DNA from: Thermoproteota archaeon
GTDB taxonomy: Archaea; Korarchaeota; JAOZGF01; JAOZFZ01
NCBI GenBank assembly: GCA_027491455.1
Contig: JAOZFL010000117.1
Coordinates: forward strand, 1-49,507
Direction: 5' to 3'
DNA length: 49,507 nt
In this document: piece by piece, positions 8,965 to 19,276 of the stretch
Position numbering within the stretch: position 1 is the first letter of the stretch
How the letters are laid out: each line of letters opens with the position of its first letter
The notes under the pieces: model-generated
Database searches by the model: none
What the model was told of the DNA's origin: nothing
The model's input: the letters and a program-made list of their open reading frames with translations, nothing else
Position numbers and translations under genes: made by a program

Positions 8965-11900
8965 CTATGCACCTCCTACTTCACATTTAATCACTGGTCT
9001 AAGTCCTAAACTCATTAATTCTTGGAGGAAAAGCTTAAATGCATAGGAAGTTTTGATCTCGCATATCTCAGCATCTCTTCCATGAACTGGGCATTTGAAT
9101 GACCTTGATTTTCTGTCATAGTACCCTATCATTCCGCATTTCTTGCAAACGAAAAGTGTGTATTTATCAGATGCCTCCTGAAGCCTCTCCAATAACACAG
9201 ACGAAGCACCATACCCAACTATGGCGTCTTTTTCCATTTCGCCTATTCTCAGGCCTCCCTCCCTTGCTTTACCCTCGGTTGGCTGTCTAACCAGCATGTT
9301 TACGGGTCCAGTTGCTCTAGCATGCATTTTATCCGTTACCATGTGATGAAGTCTCTGATAGAAACACACACCTATGAATACATCAGCTTCTAACATTTCA
9401 CCTGTTTTACCATTGTACATAACTTCCTTTCCATTGTATTTGAAGCCTAAAGACTTTAACTGCTCCTTCAGGTCTTCCTCTTTTTCCCCTATGAAGGGGG
9501 TTCCATCCACCTTGCTCCCTCTAAGAGCACCTACTTTTCCCGCCAAAATTTCGATCAGCTGTCCAACTGTCATTCTGCTAGGGAAACTATGAGGATTTAT
9601 GATTACATCTGGCGTTATACCGTTCTTTGTGAACGGCAAGTCCTCTTGAGGCACGATTAAACCTATTACCCCTTTCTGTCCATGTCTGGAGGCAAATTTA
9701 TCTCCAACTTCAGGTATTCTTAAATCTCTAACTTTAACCTTGACTATTCTGTTTCCCTCGGAGTTTACGCCTATCAAAACCCTGTCAACATATCCCCTTT
9801 CTCCGTATCTAAGCTTTACAGATGCATCTTTACGTATAAGACTTACCCCGAGCCTAAAACCGGATGTGGATGAAACGAATCTAGGGGGACTTGTTTTCCC
9901 TACTAAGACCTCTCCCTCTTCAACGAACATTTCCGGCTCAATTATTCCGTCTTCACCGAGTTTACTGTACATTTCAGGTGCAAGCCTTCCTCTTACATCT
10001 TCAGGCGGGATCTCTATCTTGTCCTCTTGTCCTCCAGGATACTTCGCCTCCTCCGTTTCATATCTCCTATAAAAGTAACTTCTTCCCATTCCTCTCTCAA
10101 TGGAGGCCTTGTTCATTATTAAAGCGTCATGCATATTGTAACCTTCATAGGAAAGAACAGCTATGACGAGATTTTGTCCCGAAGGTCGCTTATCATAGCT
10201 TATTAACCTAGATATCTCTGTTTCAACTAAGGGGGATTGTGGATAGTGAAGTATGTGACCTCTACTATCTATTCTTTCCCTGAAATTGGATGCATATAAG
10301 CCAAGAGCTTGTTTCATCATGTTTGCCCCTATGTTGTTCCTGGGGGCAGCGTTATACTCGACAAAGGGTATTATCCCAGCTGAAACTCCAAATATGGAGT
10401 AAGGAGAAATTTCTAGATGAGTATGTTCCTCAGTTATCTCCTCAGGGAAAATCGCTACATAGGCCATTTCCTCTTCTTCAGCGTCCAAATATTCTATTAT
10501 TCCTTCCCTTACCAGTTTCTCTATGCTTATTTCTCCATTTCTCAGTTTCTTTACATGTTCCTTTGTTAACCTAGGTTTGCCATTCTCAACCACTATTAAT
10601 GGTCTCCTAGCCCTTCCATTATCACAGTTTACTTTTACCTCTTGCTTTTCCCTATAAATAGCAAAGTTCACTTCATTAGGTAGATACCCCCTTCTTCTCA
10701 GCCCCTTCAGTTTCTCGATGAGGTCATCAGGGTTCTCCACGTAACCTATTAGAATGTTATTAACATACATAGCATAGAAATTTTCTTCTCTTTTTTGAAT
10801 GTCTTCAAGCGATTTAACACCTAATTCATAGCATTTGTCGATTATGCTCTGAGAAGGCACTCCAACTGTGACCTGGCAGAGCAGGGCCATGTTCTTTACC
10901 AATCCACAATTCGGGCCCTCGGGGGTTTCATAGATGCATACTCTCCCCCAATTCGTCCCATGCAAAGCTCTTGCCTCGAATTGAGGGTAGCTCCTGCTAA
11001 GAGGAGAAACTAATCTCCTTATGTTTGAAAGAGAAGCTAAGTAATTTGTTCTCTCGAGTATTCGGCTAACACCAACCTGAGTCGCTGTCCACTGACCAGT
11101 TGCCATTGCACTCATAATTCTGTTGGTTATCGTTGTAGGTTGAATAATCCTTTCAACTTTAACCCTTTCAAGCTCCTCTTGGCGCATAGCGAGTTTCTCA
11201 AGTTGATAGCTTATGTCCTTTGACAGCCTTGAAAAAGCCATTCTGAAAAGATTTTCAAGTCTTTCCTTCACAAGTAAAAGTCTCTTGTTGCCGTAGTGAT
11301 CTCTATCAACCTTTTTGAACTTCCCTCTCTCAAAATTTATCATCTGTCTAAGGATCTCAGCTACAAACCTTGCCTTTTTAACCCTGTCTTCTCTGTGACT
11401 CCCAAGGTCAGGTAGAAGGTTGTTGTCCAAGACATGTTCAGCTCTTTGAATCCTCACTTCTTTGACATATGTAGGAACTATTCTTCTTCCAATATAGTCT
11501 AATGCTTCATCCTGATAGAATACCTCAGCTTTCTGAGCTTCTTCAATGCTTGGAAGCATTTCAACAAGGTAAATTTGAGAAGTACCTATGCTGTCAACTA
11601 TTTTCTTATCACTAATCATGCCAAGGGCCTTAAACAGGATAACAACTGGAACTGAGCTTTTAACTCCTCGGATGTTAACTACAAATGTTCCATCCTTCTT
11701 CCTTTTAATCTCCAATGCGCTGTTGACTCCTCCAACCCTGTAATATCTCTCAGCTACAACAGTGCTCGATGAAATGTTCTTTCTTGTTATCAAAACCTGC
11801 CCAGGAGCTCTGTCTTCTTCTGCAGGTATAACTCTTTCAGATCCATTAATGATAAAGTAACCCCCGGGATCTAAGGGGTCTTCTTTTAATTTAACAAGTT

Positions 11901-12309
11901 CTTCAGGGGATTTGCCCCTTAAAGTGCAAACATTAGATTTAACCATTACAGGGACATCGCAGAGATGAACATCTCTTTTCTCAATTGGCCTATTACCCAC
12001 CAGTTTAACAACCTCTAAAAAGACAGGGGCTGCATAAGTGAGATTTCTCTCTCTGCATTCATGGGGTGTAATAGCATGGTACGAGCCGTCTATCTCCTTA
12101 AACTCAGGCTTACCAATTTTAACCTTGCCAAACTCAAGGGTTATCTCACCAATAGAAACCCTTTTAAACTGATCGATAACCTCTTGAATGCTTTCCTCGA
12201 TAAACCTGTTATAAGAGTCAAGTTGCTGCTTAACAAGCCCCAATCTACCAACTAAATACTCAACAACGAAACCTAAATCATAGCTACTGATATCAGACAA
12301 TTCAACCAC
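8965..12309 (-). CDS. rpoB: DNA-directed RNA polymerase subunit B (unsplit)
   Basis: 1114 aa with conserved motifs (GDKFASRHGQKG, a C-terminal zinc ribbon CKKCG...CPVHG). It lies between rpoH and rpoA. Confidence 0.95.
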   Translation of the reverse strand: MVELSDISSYDLGFVVEYLVGRLGLVKQQLDSYNRFIEESIQEVIDQFKRVSIGEITLEFGKVKIGKPEFKEIDGSYHAITPHECRERNLTYAAPVFLEVVKLVGNRPIEKRDVHLCDVPVMVKSNVCTLRGKSPEELVKLKEDPLDPGGYFIINGSERVIPAEEDRAPGQVLITRKNISSSTVVAERYYRVGGVNSALEIKRKKDGTFVVNIRGVKSSVPVVILFKALGMISDKKIVDSIGTSQIYLVEMLPSIEEAQKAEVFYQDEALDYIGRRIVPTYVKEVRIQRAEHVLDNNLLPDLGSHREDRVKKARFVAEILRQMINFERGKFKKVDRDHYGNKRLLLVKERLENLFRMAFSRLSKDISYQLEKLAMRQEELERVKVERIIQPTTITNRIMSAMATGQWTATQVGVSRILERTNYLASLSNIRRLVSPLSRSYPQFEARALHGTNWGRVCIYETPEGPNCGLVKNMALLCQVTVGVPSQSIIDKCYELGVKSLEDIQKREENFYAMYVNNILIGYVENPDDLIEKLKGLRRRGYLPNEVNFAIYREKQEVKVNCDNGRARRPLIVVENGKPRLTKEHVKKLRNGEISIEKLVREGIIEYLDAEEEEMAYVAIFPEEITEEHTHLEISPYSIFGVSAGIIPFVEYNAAPRNNIGANMMKQALGLYASNFRERIDSRGHILHYPQSPLVETEISRLISYDKRPSGQNLVIAVLSYEGYNMHDALIMNKASIERGMGRSYFYRRYETEEAKYPGGQEDKIEIPPEDVRGRLAPEMYSKLGEDGIIEPEMFVEEGEVLVGKTSPPRFVSSTSGFRLGVSLIRKDASVKLRYGERGYVDRVLIGVNSEGNRIVKVKVRDLRIPEVGDKFASRHGQKGVIGLIVPQEDLPFTKNGITPDVIINPHSFPSRMTVGQLIEILAGKVGALRGSKVDGTPFIGEKEEDLKEQLKSLGFKYNGKEVMYNGKTGEMLEADVFIGVCFYQRLHHMVTDKMHARATGPVNMLVRQPTEGKAREGGLRIGEMEKDAIVGYGASSVLLERLQEASDKYTLFVCKKCGMIGYYDRKSRSFKCPVHGRDAEICEIKTSYAFKLFLQELMSLGLRPVIKCEVGGA

Positions 12310-12311
12310 CT

Positions 12312-12560
12312 TTACTCAACAACAACTCTATAGGCGATGCTCTTACCCATGGTAGGGCTCTCTCTAACAATCTTAACAACATCGCCAACTTTAACTTCTA
12401 AATTTCTTAGAGCAGGATCAGAGACCTTAATCCTAGGCAACTGGTCACGAGCAGCATTTAATTCCCTTAAAACCTTTTCGACTTCCTCAGTACTTAAAAC
12501 AATATGATTTGGTACTAAAACATGCTCAAAGATATTAAACTTCGGCTTTTTTTTGCTCAT
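12312..12560 (-). CDS. rpoH: DNA-directed RNA polymerase subunit H (Rpb5 homologue)
   Basis: 82 aa. It contains HVLVPNHIVLSTEEVEKVL...LPRIKVSDPALR, is the first gene of the rpoHBA operon, and has the conserved sequence. Confidence 0.9.
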   Translation of the reverse strand: MSKKKPKFNIFEHVLVPNHIVLSTEEVEKVLRELNAARDQLPRIKVSDPALRNLEVKVGDVVKIVRESPTMGKSIAYRVVVE

Positions 12561-12590
12561 TTCAATACCTCAAGCTCCTTAAAAACAAAA

Positions 12591-12695
12591 TGGGCCCGGC
12601 GGGACTCCCAGGGAAATCCTTTGAACCCGCGGCATCCGGGTTTCTCCTACAAAGCATAAAAGCCCGGCGCTCTAACCTTGCTGAGCTACGGGCCC
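12591..12695 (-). tRNA. tRNA-Lys(TTT) with two introns (about 15 nt at 37/38 and about 15 nt in the T-loop)
   Basis: Reverse complement: GGGCCCG TA GCTC AGCAAGGTTA GAGC G CCGGG CTTTTA|tgctttgtaggagaa|A CCCGG ATGCC GCGGG TTCAAA|ggatttccctgggag|T CCCGC CGGGCCC A. The central BHB helix CUUU/GGAG is present for the anticodon-loop intron. Confidence 0.85.
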
Positions 12696-12910
12696 ATCTC
12701 GAAAAAATTAGATACACAGAAGTTAACCTCATGTGCAAAACTAAAAAACTGAACTTTCCTTAACGCCATTATACTTAAATTATCATTTTAAAAATTTTTC
12801 CTCACCCATAAAAGAAATAAAACTTTTTCACAGCTCACACGTGAAGTGCATACAAATTTCCAGTCTAACATAGAGGAGCCACGAAAAGGCTTGATGGAGG
12901 TGAAGATGGT

Positions 12911-13054
12911 TCCCGGCGGCCGGAATTTCAGCAGACGGCCTTGTATATCTGCATTTGAACCGGCAACCCCCCGGTTACTGTGTGAGCACCTGCTGATTTG
13001 AGAAGCCATGCGGCCTATCTACAGCCGGGTGCTCTGCCATTGAGCTACGCCGGG
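12911..13054 (-). tRNA. tRNA-Tyr(GTA) with two introns (43 nt at 37/38 and about 29 nt in the T-loop)
   Basis: Reverse complement: CCCGGCG TA GCTC AATGGCA GAGC A CCCGG CTGTAG|43-nt intron|A CCGGG GGGTT GCCGG TTCAAA|29-nt intron|T CCGGC CGCCGGG A. It has the C1:G72 pair that is the archaeal/eukaryal Tyr identity element. The central BHB helix CUGU/ACAG is perfect. Confidence 0.85.
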
Positions 13055-13425
13055 ACTCCTTGACATGCCCTAGATTTGTTTAAAGTTCTTTTGAAGTCTT
13101 ATGTCTAATTTTTCACTGACTTACATTTAGTATGTTTGCTTTATTTTTTAAAATTTTTTGTTGGTGCACGTATAACAGATCGTTATAAGATGATGATCTT
13201 AAAGGAATTTTTATTTCTATAAATGATCTAGGTCGCCAAGATAACTATCCTTCTAATCACCAGGGGTCCATCTTATTTGAAGGGAAATACTAAGTTATTG
13301 AAGAGTGATGAAGCTTGTGATGTCGTAGACTTTAAATTACCTGAAAAGAAAACTTTAAAAGCTATGGAGTCCATTTCTAGACCTTAGTTTTGAGAACTCC
13401 AGCTAAAAAACTGGAGAAATACAGT

Positions 13426-13517
13426 GCGCCCGTCGTCTAGTCTGGACTAGGACGTAGCCCCTCCAAGGCTAAAACCCGGGTTCGAAACCGTATTTGGTGA
13501 AAATCCCGGCGGGCGCA
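13426..13517 (+). tRNA. tRNA-Gly(TCC) with one T-loop intron (about 17 nt)
   Basis: GCGCCCG TC GTCT AGTCTGGACTA GGAC G TAGCC CCTCCAA GGCTA AAAC CCGGG TTCGAA|accgtatttggtgaaaa|T CCCGG CGGGCGC A. G1-C2-G3 and A73 fit Gly identity. The anticodon loop reads CCUCCAA, so position 33 is C. Confidence 0.8.
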
Positions 13518-13616
13518 TCAATATTTCTTCCTTGTTTTTTGAGATATTCTCCTGAGTTTTAAATTTTGAATTGCAAATACAAATTTTAATAGTTCAGTAC
13601 CTTTGTTATTTCATGG

Positions 13617-14333
13617 GTGGTCAAATTGCTGTATGATTTGTTTTTAGTGGTTATAGGTTACATTTATGTTTTATGTATCATTTTGGCCTCGGAATTTTTA
13701 AGGTTAAGGCTTGGCCTCGGCATCGAGGTTACTAGGAAAGCTATTCATTTGTTTGCAGGTGTCTCAGTTGTTTTGGTTTTTTGGTTTTCAAGCGTTATTT
13801 TTCCTTTGTTAGTTGCTGGAGGGCTTGGTTTACTGACTGCTTATAGTTTCTTTTTTCAACGAGAAGGAGTTTTCAGTAGAACAATGGTTAGAGGGCTTGA
13901 AAGAGATAAAGAATATGCTTATGGTCCTCTGTATTACATTATTTCCATTTTTGTGGTAGTTTTATTTTTCTGGAGCCACAGGAATATAATTGTTGCTTCC
14001 ACTCTTGCAATGGCTTGGGGTGATGGTGCAGCAGCTATTGTCGGAGGAACTTTTAAGAAAAGGCATTTTCTACTGGGTTCCTCTAGAAGCTTAGAGGGCT
14101 CTTTGTCAATGTTCACATTTAGCTTAATCGGTTGTTTAACGGGTGATCTTTTAGCTTCATATTTTAAATTTTTACACCTGAGTTTAGTGTGGATCATGTC
14201 AGAGTGTTTCTTAGCTTCTTTTATCTCAGCGATGACTGAACTTTTGAGTTTAGGTCCTCTAAAGTCCTTTGATAATTTCACTGTGCCCTTTGCTGCAGCC
14301 TTGTCCATGCGTCTCTTTGAATTCTTCTTTTAA
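13617..14333 (+). CDS. Polytopic membrane protein of the dolichol/phytol kinase - CDP-alcohol cytidylyltransferase superfamily
   Basis: 238 aa with multiple hydrophobic helices. The WGDGAAAIVGG motif resembles the CTP-dependent polyprenol kinase/CdsA family. GTG start. Confidence 0.5.
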   Translation: MVKLLYDLFLVVIGYIYVLCIILASEFLRLRLGLGIEVTRKAIHLFAGVSVVLVFWFSSVIFPLLVAGGLGLLTAYSFFFQREGVFSRTMVRGLERDKEYAYGPLYYIISIFVVVLFFWSHRNIIVASTLAMAWGDGAAAIVGGTFKKRHFLLGSSRSLEGSLSMFTFSLIGCLTGDLLASYFKFLHLSLVWIMSECFLASFISAMTELLSLGPLKSFDNFTVPFAAALSMRLFEFFF

Positions 14334-14606
14334 ATGGAAAAAAGTTTCTTCGAAATTCATTAATATTTTTTCAAATATAAACTGTTTCTTTAATTATTTT
14401 TTATATTTGAAATTCATCAATAGTTTTTATTTCCATTTAACTCCGCTCCTAGGTTAAACGAAACGTTTAAATTTTAAAGAGTACATTTGTTAATGTCTTT
14501 TGGTTTGATAAAAATTAGTGTTAGGGTTTTCCCAGGTATCCCTTTGAAAATCCCGTTGATAAAAAGGTATCATTTATATAAGCTTAAATGATTAAGAGGT
14601 GGTTTT

Positions 14607-16253
14607 ATGGCAATAGCAGCTCAGACACCCTCTGGACAGCCAATCCTTATATTAAAGGAGGGAACAACTAGGGAGATTGGTAGATCGGCTCAGAAAATGA
14701 ACATTGAAGTGGCTAAGATAATAGCAGAAGCTGTTAAAACAGCTTTGGGACCAAAAGGAATGGATAAAATGCTTGTGGATTCTCTCGGTGATATAGTGGT
14801 CACAAGCGACGGGGCAACCATCCTAAAGGAAATGGATGTCGAGCACCCGGCGGCTAAGATGATGGTAGAGGTCGCTAAGGCACAAGATGATGAAACAGGA
14901 GATGGGACAACAACAGCAGTTGTTTTGGCAGGCGAGCTCCTCAAAAAAGCGGAGGATCTAATAGACCAGGAGATACACCCAACAGTGATCATTGAAGGGT
15001 ACAAGAAGGCCTCCCGGGAGGCATCGAAAATAATCGACGGAATCTCGATTAAGGTAAAGAGAGGGGATGTTGATGCATTGAGAAACGTAGCAGAAACAGC
15101 TTTAGCCTCAAAAGATGTCGCTGGAGCCAGAAAATTCCTCGCTGAAATGGTGGTTGAAGCAGTGAACATGGTTAAAAGAGTTGAGGACGGGAAGATAAAA
15201 GTAGACATCGATGATATAAAAGTCGAGAAAAAAGAGGGGAAATCAATAACTGAGACTCAGCTCATAAAGGGAATGGTAATTGACAAAGAAGTTGTCCATT
15301 CAGACATGCCTAAAACTGTCAAAGGCGCCAAGATAGCACTTATTCAAAGTCCTTTAGAGATCGAGAAAACAGAGATCGATGCAAAAATAAAGATTTCAAC
15401 CCCTGACCAAATGAAAGCCTTTCTAGACCAGGAAGCACAAATGCTAAAGGAAATGGTTGAAAAGATAAAGGATGCAGGGGCAAATGTTGCTTTCTGCCAG
15501 AAAGGAATAGACGAGATAGCTCAGCACTACTTAGCCCAAGCTGGAATACTTGCTGTTAGAAGGGTGAAGAAATCTGATATGGAGAAACTTGCAAAGGCAA
15601 CCGGTGCAAGGATTGTGACAAACATAGAAGAGCTAACAGAGAAGGACCTTGGTTCTGCAGGGCTTGTAGAGGAAAGAAAAATTGGAGAGGACAAAATGGT
15701 TTTCGTAGAGGAATGTAAGAACCCAAGAGCTGTCTCTATACTAATCAGAGGGGCTGGAAAACATGTAATTGAGGAGGCTGAAAGAAGCATACATGACGCT
15801 ATATCTGTGGTTAGAAATGTTGTGGAAGATGAAACAATAGTACCTGGTGGAGGAGCAGTTGAAATAGAGGTTGCCAAGAGGCTTAGAGAATACTCTGAGT
15901 CCTTGAGAGGCAGGGAACAGTTTGCTGCAAGGGCCTTTGCAGATTCGCTGGAAGTTATACCTAAGGCCTTAGCTACTAACGCTGGACTGGATCAGGTGGA
16001 TAAACTAGCTGATCTTAGATCTGCTCATAGAAAGGGGGATATAAACGCTGGACTAGATCTTGATACAGGAGAAGTAGTGAACATGGTGGAGAGAGGAGTT
16101 ATAGAGCCAGCAAGGGTTAAAAAACAGGCAATTGCATCTGCAACAGAGGCAGCTGAGATGATACTCAGGATCGATGACATAATAGCCGCTGGAAAAATGG
16201 AAAAGAAGGGAAAGACACCAAGTCCTCCTGGGGCGCCACCCCCCATGTACTAA
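14607..16253 (+). CDS. ths: Thermosome subunit (group II chaperonin)
   Basis: 548 aa with [49 protein letters not shown] and VPGGGAVE motifs. TATA-like TTTATATAA lies at 14574-14582 and GAGGTGG precedes the ATG. Confidence 0.95.
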   Translation: MAIAAQTPSGQPILILKEGTTREIGRSAQKMNIEVAKIIAEAVKTALGPKGMDKMLVDSLGDIVVTSDGATILKEMDVEHPAAKMMVEVAKAQDDETGDGTTTAVVLAGELLKKAEDLIDQEIHPTVIIEGYKKASREASKIIDGISIKVKRGDVDALRNVAETALASKDVAGARKFLAEMVVEAVNMVKRVEDGKIKVDIDDIKVEKKEGKSITETQLIKGMVIDKEVVHSDMPKTVKGAKIALIQSPLEIEKTEIDAKIKISTPDQMKAFLDQEAQMLKEMVEKIKDAGANVAFCQKGIDEIAQHYLAQAGILAVRRVKKSDMEKLAKATGARIVTNIEELTEKDLGSAGLVEERKIGEDKMVFVEECKNPRAVSILIRGAGKHVIEEAERSIHDAISVVRNVVEDETIVPGGGAVEIEVAKRLREYSESLRGREQFAARAFADSLEVIPKALATNAGLDQVDKLADLRSAHRKGDINAGLDLDTGEVVNMVERGVIEPARVKKQAIASATEAAEMILRIDDIIAAGKMEKKGKTPSPPGAPPPMY

Positions 16254-16285
16254 AAAAGTGAGGGTTTAAAGTAAAGGGGAAATAC

Positions 16286-16561
16286 TTGTCAAGGATAAGG
16301 GAGGGCCGGGTTTCAAAAATAAAAATAGGCCCCCCTTATCTCACTAAATACGAGAAAGCAGCTGTAATTGCTGCAAGGGCTCTTCAAATAGAGGTTGGGG
16401 CTCCTGTTTTAATTAGACTTCCACCAGGCCTTATAGACCCTGTTAAAATTGCAAGATTAGAACTTGAAAAAAAGGCTCTGCCTCTCATAATAAGAAGAAC
16501 TATCAGAGGAAGCTTGAATTACCAAGATATACCTCTTGAATGGCTTGAAATAATAAATTAA
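16286..16561 (+). CDS. rpoK: DNA-directed RNA polymerase subunit K (Rpb6/omega homologue)
   Basis: 91 aa. LTKYEKAAVIAARALQIEVGAPVLI is the conserved RpoK core. TTG start. Confidence 0.85.
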   Translation: MSRIREGRVSKIKIGPPYLTKYEKAAVIAARALQIEVGAPVLIRLPPGLIDPVKIARLELEKKALPLIIRRTIRGSLNYQDIPLEWLEIIN

Positions 16562-16762
16562 CAAGTTAATTCCTTCTTTGGGTTAAGTTTTCTATTTTCC
16601 CCTATACCTGTTCTTAACGACATTATGGGTTAGATAAACAGTTAGAATTGTTTAAAGGTCTTTAGATTCCTCTTTCCTGAACGGAAACCTTATATAGGTA
16701 ACTCAATATACAATTATTTGATACTTAGTTCTCATTATTGTCCTAGACTAGAGGAACATGAA

Positions 16763-19276
16763 ATGGTTAAGGCCTTACTTTTATCGGTTGACTACGATGG
16801 GTCATTGAAAAAGGCATTCTTAAAGTTTTACAACGAAGAAAGGGGGGAAATATTTAAGTTCTACGACCCCTTAGGGCATAAACCCTATTGCTTGTCAGAT
16901 TTAGACCCTGAAAGGATAAAGGGACTTGTGGAAGCCTCAGGAGTAAACTTGCCTGTAGTAAAGATAAAAAAGGTTAGGAAAAAGGATCTGCTTAGAGACA
17001 GGGAGGTACACATGTCCAAGGTAGAGGTCGATGACCCTCTATGGATAAGTGGAAGGAAAAATTGTTTAAGAGAAGCGCTTAACAGCTACGGAAAAGATAG
17101 GCATGCATGGGAGGCAAAGATAAAATATAGAAACAATTATATCTACGACTTACAACTTATCCCAGGAGAGTATTATGAAATAGATGAAAAGGAAGGAATT
17201 AGACATATAGATTCCAAGAAGAGAAAGTTAGAGGAACTAAATGTTTTCAGGGATGAGGCTCTCCTCGATCCATGTCTTCACAGCGAAATAGCTAAGTGGC
17301 TTAAGCTTTTCTCGACTCCTATACCTGATATAAAAAGGGTTTCACTGGACATAGAGGTTTATTCCCCTCAGAAGGGGAGAATACCATACGCAGAAAAACC
17401 AGTTTACCCTGTGATTTCAGCTGCTTTTGTAGATAATAGAGGGTTTAAAGAGGTTCTCATTTTAAGAAGAGAGGCTGTCAATGAAGGGGATTTAAAAAAA
17501 GTGAAGGAAAAAGCTGATGTTAGATACTTTGACTCAGAAATAGAAATGCTTAGACAGATTTTCGTCAAGATAAAGGAAATCCCTGTACTTCTAACCTTTA
17601 ATGGAGACAACTTCGATCTTCCATATCTTATGAACAGAGCTCTTCGATTAGGGATTAGAAAGGAGCAGATACCTATTCGCCAGGGGAAGGACTGGTTTAA
17701 AATCGACCCAGGAGTCCATATAGATCTTTATAAATTTTTCCATAACAAATCAATTCAAATCTACGCCTTCAGAGACGCCTATAAAAATGTCACACTAGAC
17801 GAAGTCGCAAAAGCTCTGCTGAAAAAGGGGAAAATAGAGCTTGAAGAGGAAATATCAGTTCTAACACTTGAAAAACTTGCAATATACTGTTTAAGAGATG
17901 CTGAATTGACAATGGAGCTTACAACATTCAATGAGAACCTTGTTTTAAACCTGGTAATACTGATTAGCAAAATATCGAAGCTGGGAGTTGAAGATGTGAC
18001 AAGAAGAGGAATATCAGCTTGGATTAGGAGCATGCTGGACTTTGAACACAGAGGAAAAGGTTATCTAATACCTTTACCAGAAGAAATAATAGCAGAGAAG
18101 GGAGAAGCTACGACTACATCCATAATTAAAGGGAAAAAGTATAAAGGGGCCATTATTATCCCTCCAGAGGAGGGGGTTCACTTCGGCATCACCGTCCTAG
18201 ATTTTTCAAGTCTTTACCCAAGTGTGATTAAAAGCAGGAACCTAAGCTATGAGACAATAAACTGTAGGCATGTTGAATGTAAGAGAAACAAGGTTCCCGA
18301 CACTCCTCACTGGGTGTGTCTGAAGAGAAGAGGGCTTCTTTCCGTGATCATAGGGGCTCTTAGAGATATAAGGGTTAAGCTTTACAAACCTAGATCTAAA
18401 GATGAAAGCATCTCCAAGAAGGAGAGGGAGAGATACATGGTTATCCAGCAGGCATTGAAGGTTATTTTAAACGCTTCATACGGGGTTCTAGGTGCTGAAA
18501 ACTTCAGCTATTACTGTCCACCTGTTGCTGAAAGTGTTACGGCAATAGGTAGACACCTAATCAGGGAGGTAACAAGGAAAGCAGAGGAAATGGGCATACA
18601 AGTTGTTTATGGAGATACAGACTCCGTTTTCCTCAAGAATCCAGCTGATGAACAGATTAAGGAGCTTAAAGCTTGGGCAGAGAAGAAATTAAAAGTGGAT
18701 ATGGACATAGAGAAAGTTTACAGGTATGTAGCTCTTTCAAACAGGAAAAAAAACTATTTAGGAGTTTACCCTGATGGAAGGGTTGACATAAAAGGGTTAA
18801 TAGGTAAGAAAAAGAATACGCCTGAGTTCATCAAACAAGCCTTCAATGAAATGGTGAACATCCTTGGGCAAGTTAAATCCCAGAAAGACTTCGAGGATGC
18901 AAGGATAAGAATTGAAAAGATTGTAAAGGATAGATACACAGCTTTAAGGAACAGGACCTTTAACCTAGAGGATTTAACCTTTAAAGTTGTTCTTTCAAAG
19001 CCCTTAGACAAGTACATTAAAACTACTCCTCAACATGTTAAAGCCGCTAAACAGCTTCTGAAAAATAGAAGAAAAATTGGACCAGGCGATACAATAGAAT
19101 TTGTTAAGACCAGGAATGCTGCTGGTGTGAAACCTTTGGAACTCGCCAAGAAGGGCGAAATTGATGTTGAAAAATACATAGAGACTTTACAATCCACTTT
19201 TCAGCAAATATTGGACGCATTAAACATAGATTTCGAGCACATAGCTGGAATAACAAGTATAAGTGACTTTCTTTAG
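16763..19276 (+). CDS. polB: Family B DNA polymerase
   Basis: Exo motifs (LDIEV, FNGDNFDLPYL) and Pol motifs (SLYPSVI, KxxxNSxYG-like LNASYGVLG, YGDTDS). The ORF opens at a TTG at 16718, but the ATG at 16763 (MVKALLLSVDY) follows a GAGG site. No intein-sized insertion is present. Confidence 0.9.
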   Translation: MVKALLLSVDYDGSLKKAFLKFYNEERGEIFKFYDPLGHKPYCLSDLDPERIKGLVEASGVNLPVVKIKKVRKKDLLRDREVHMSKVEVDDPLWISGRKNCLREALNSYGKDRHAWEAKIKYRNNYIYDLQLIPGEYYEIDEKEGIRHIDSKKRKLEELNVFRDEALLDPCLHSEIAKWLKLFSTPIPDIKRVSLDIEVYSPQKGRIPYAEKPVYPVISAAFVDNRGFKEVLILRREAVNEGDLKKVKEKADVRYFDSEIEMLRQIFVKIKEIPVLLTFNGDNFDLPYLMNRALRLGIRKEQIPIRQGKDWFKIDPGVHIDLYKFFHNKSIQIYAFRDAYKNVTLDEVAKALLKKGKIELEEEISVLTLEKLAIYCLRDAELTMELTTFNENLVLNLVILISKISKLGVEDVTRRGISAWIRSMLDFEHRGKGYLIPLPEEIIAEKGEATTTSIIKGKKYKGAIIIPPEEGVHFGITVLDFSSLYPSVIKSRNLSYETINCRHVECKRNKVPDTPHWVCLKRRGLLSVIIGALRDIRVKLYKPRSKDESISKKERERYMVIQQALKVILNASYGVLGAENFSYYCPPVAESVTAIGRHLIREVTRKAEEMGIQVVYGDTDSVFLKNPADEQIKELKAWAEKKLKVDMDIEKVYRYVALSNRKKNYLGVYPDGRVDIKGLIGKKKNTPEFIKQAFNEMVNILGQVKSQKDFEDARIRIEKIVKDRYTALRNRTFNLEDLTFKVVLSKPLDKYIKTTPQHVKAAKQLLKNRRKIGPGDTIEFVKTRNAAGVKPLELAKKGEIDVEKYIETLQSTFQQILDALNIDFEHIAGITSISDFL

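Noticed and set aside
5514-12255. Numerous plus-strand ORFs of 60-170 aa inside rpoA and rpoB (for example 6741-7262, 9740-10072, 10290-10574). Similar antisense ORFs lie inside ths, polB, fbp, fni, alaS, iorA, nrdJ and others.
   Set aside because: They lie antisense to long, strongly conserved genes. They have low-complexity S/L/F/P-rich translations and no recognisable motifs. They are typical shadow ORFs of AT-rich coding DNA.
12788-13009. 73-aa ORF on the minus strand
   Set aside because: It overlaps the tRNA-Tyr gene and its introns. Its composition is driven by the GC-rich tRNA stems, so it is not a credible CDS.
13305-13344. GTGATGA ... CTGA pair in the tRNA-Tyr/tRNA-Gly spacer as a C/D sRNA
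   Set aside because: The boxes are only 29 nt apart. The internal GTGATGT is mis-spaced for a C' box, there is no D' box and there is no terminal stem. An ATGATGA at about 13190 also lacks any downstream CTGA.
16763-19276. Inteins or large insertions in PolB and in the RNR (48140-49507)
   Set aside because: The catalytic motifs are contiguous (YGDTDS; NPCGE), the lengths are normal, and no intein splice-junction blocks or homing-endonuclease-sized inserts are present in the visible parts.
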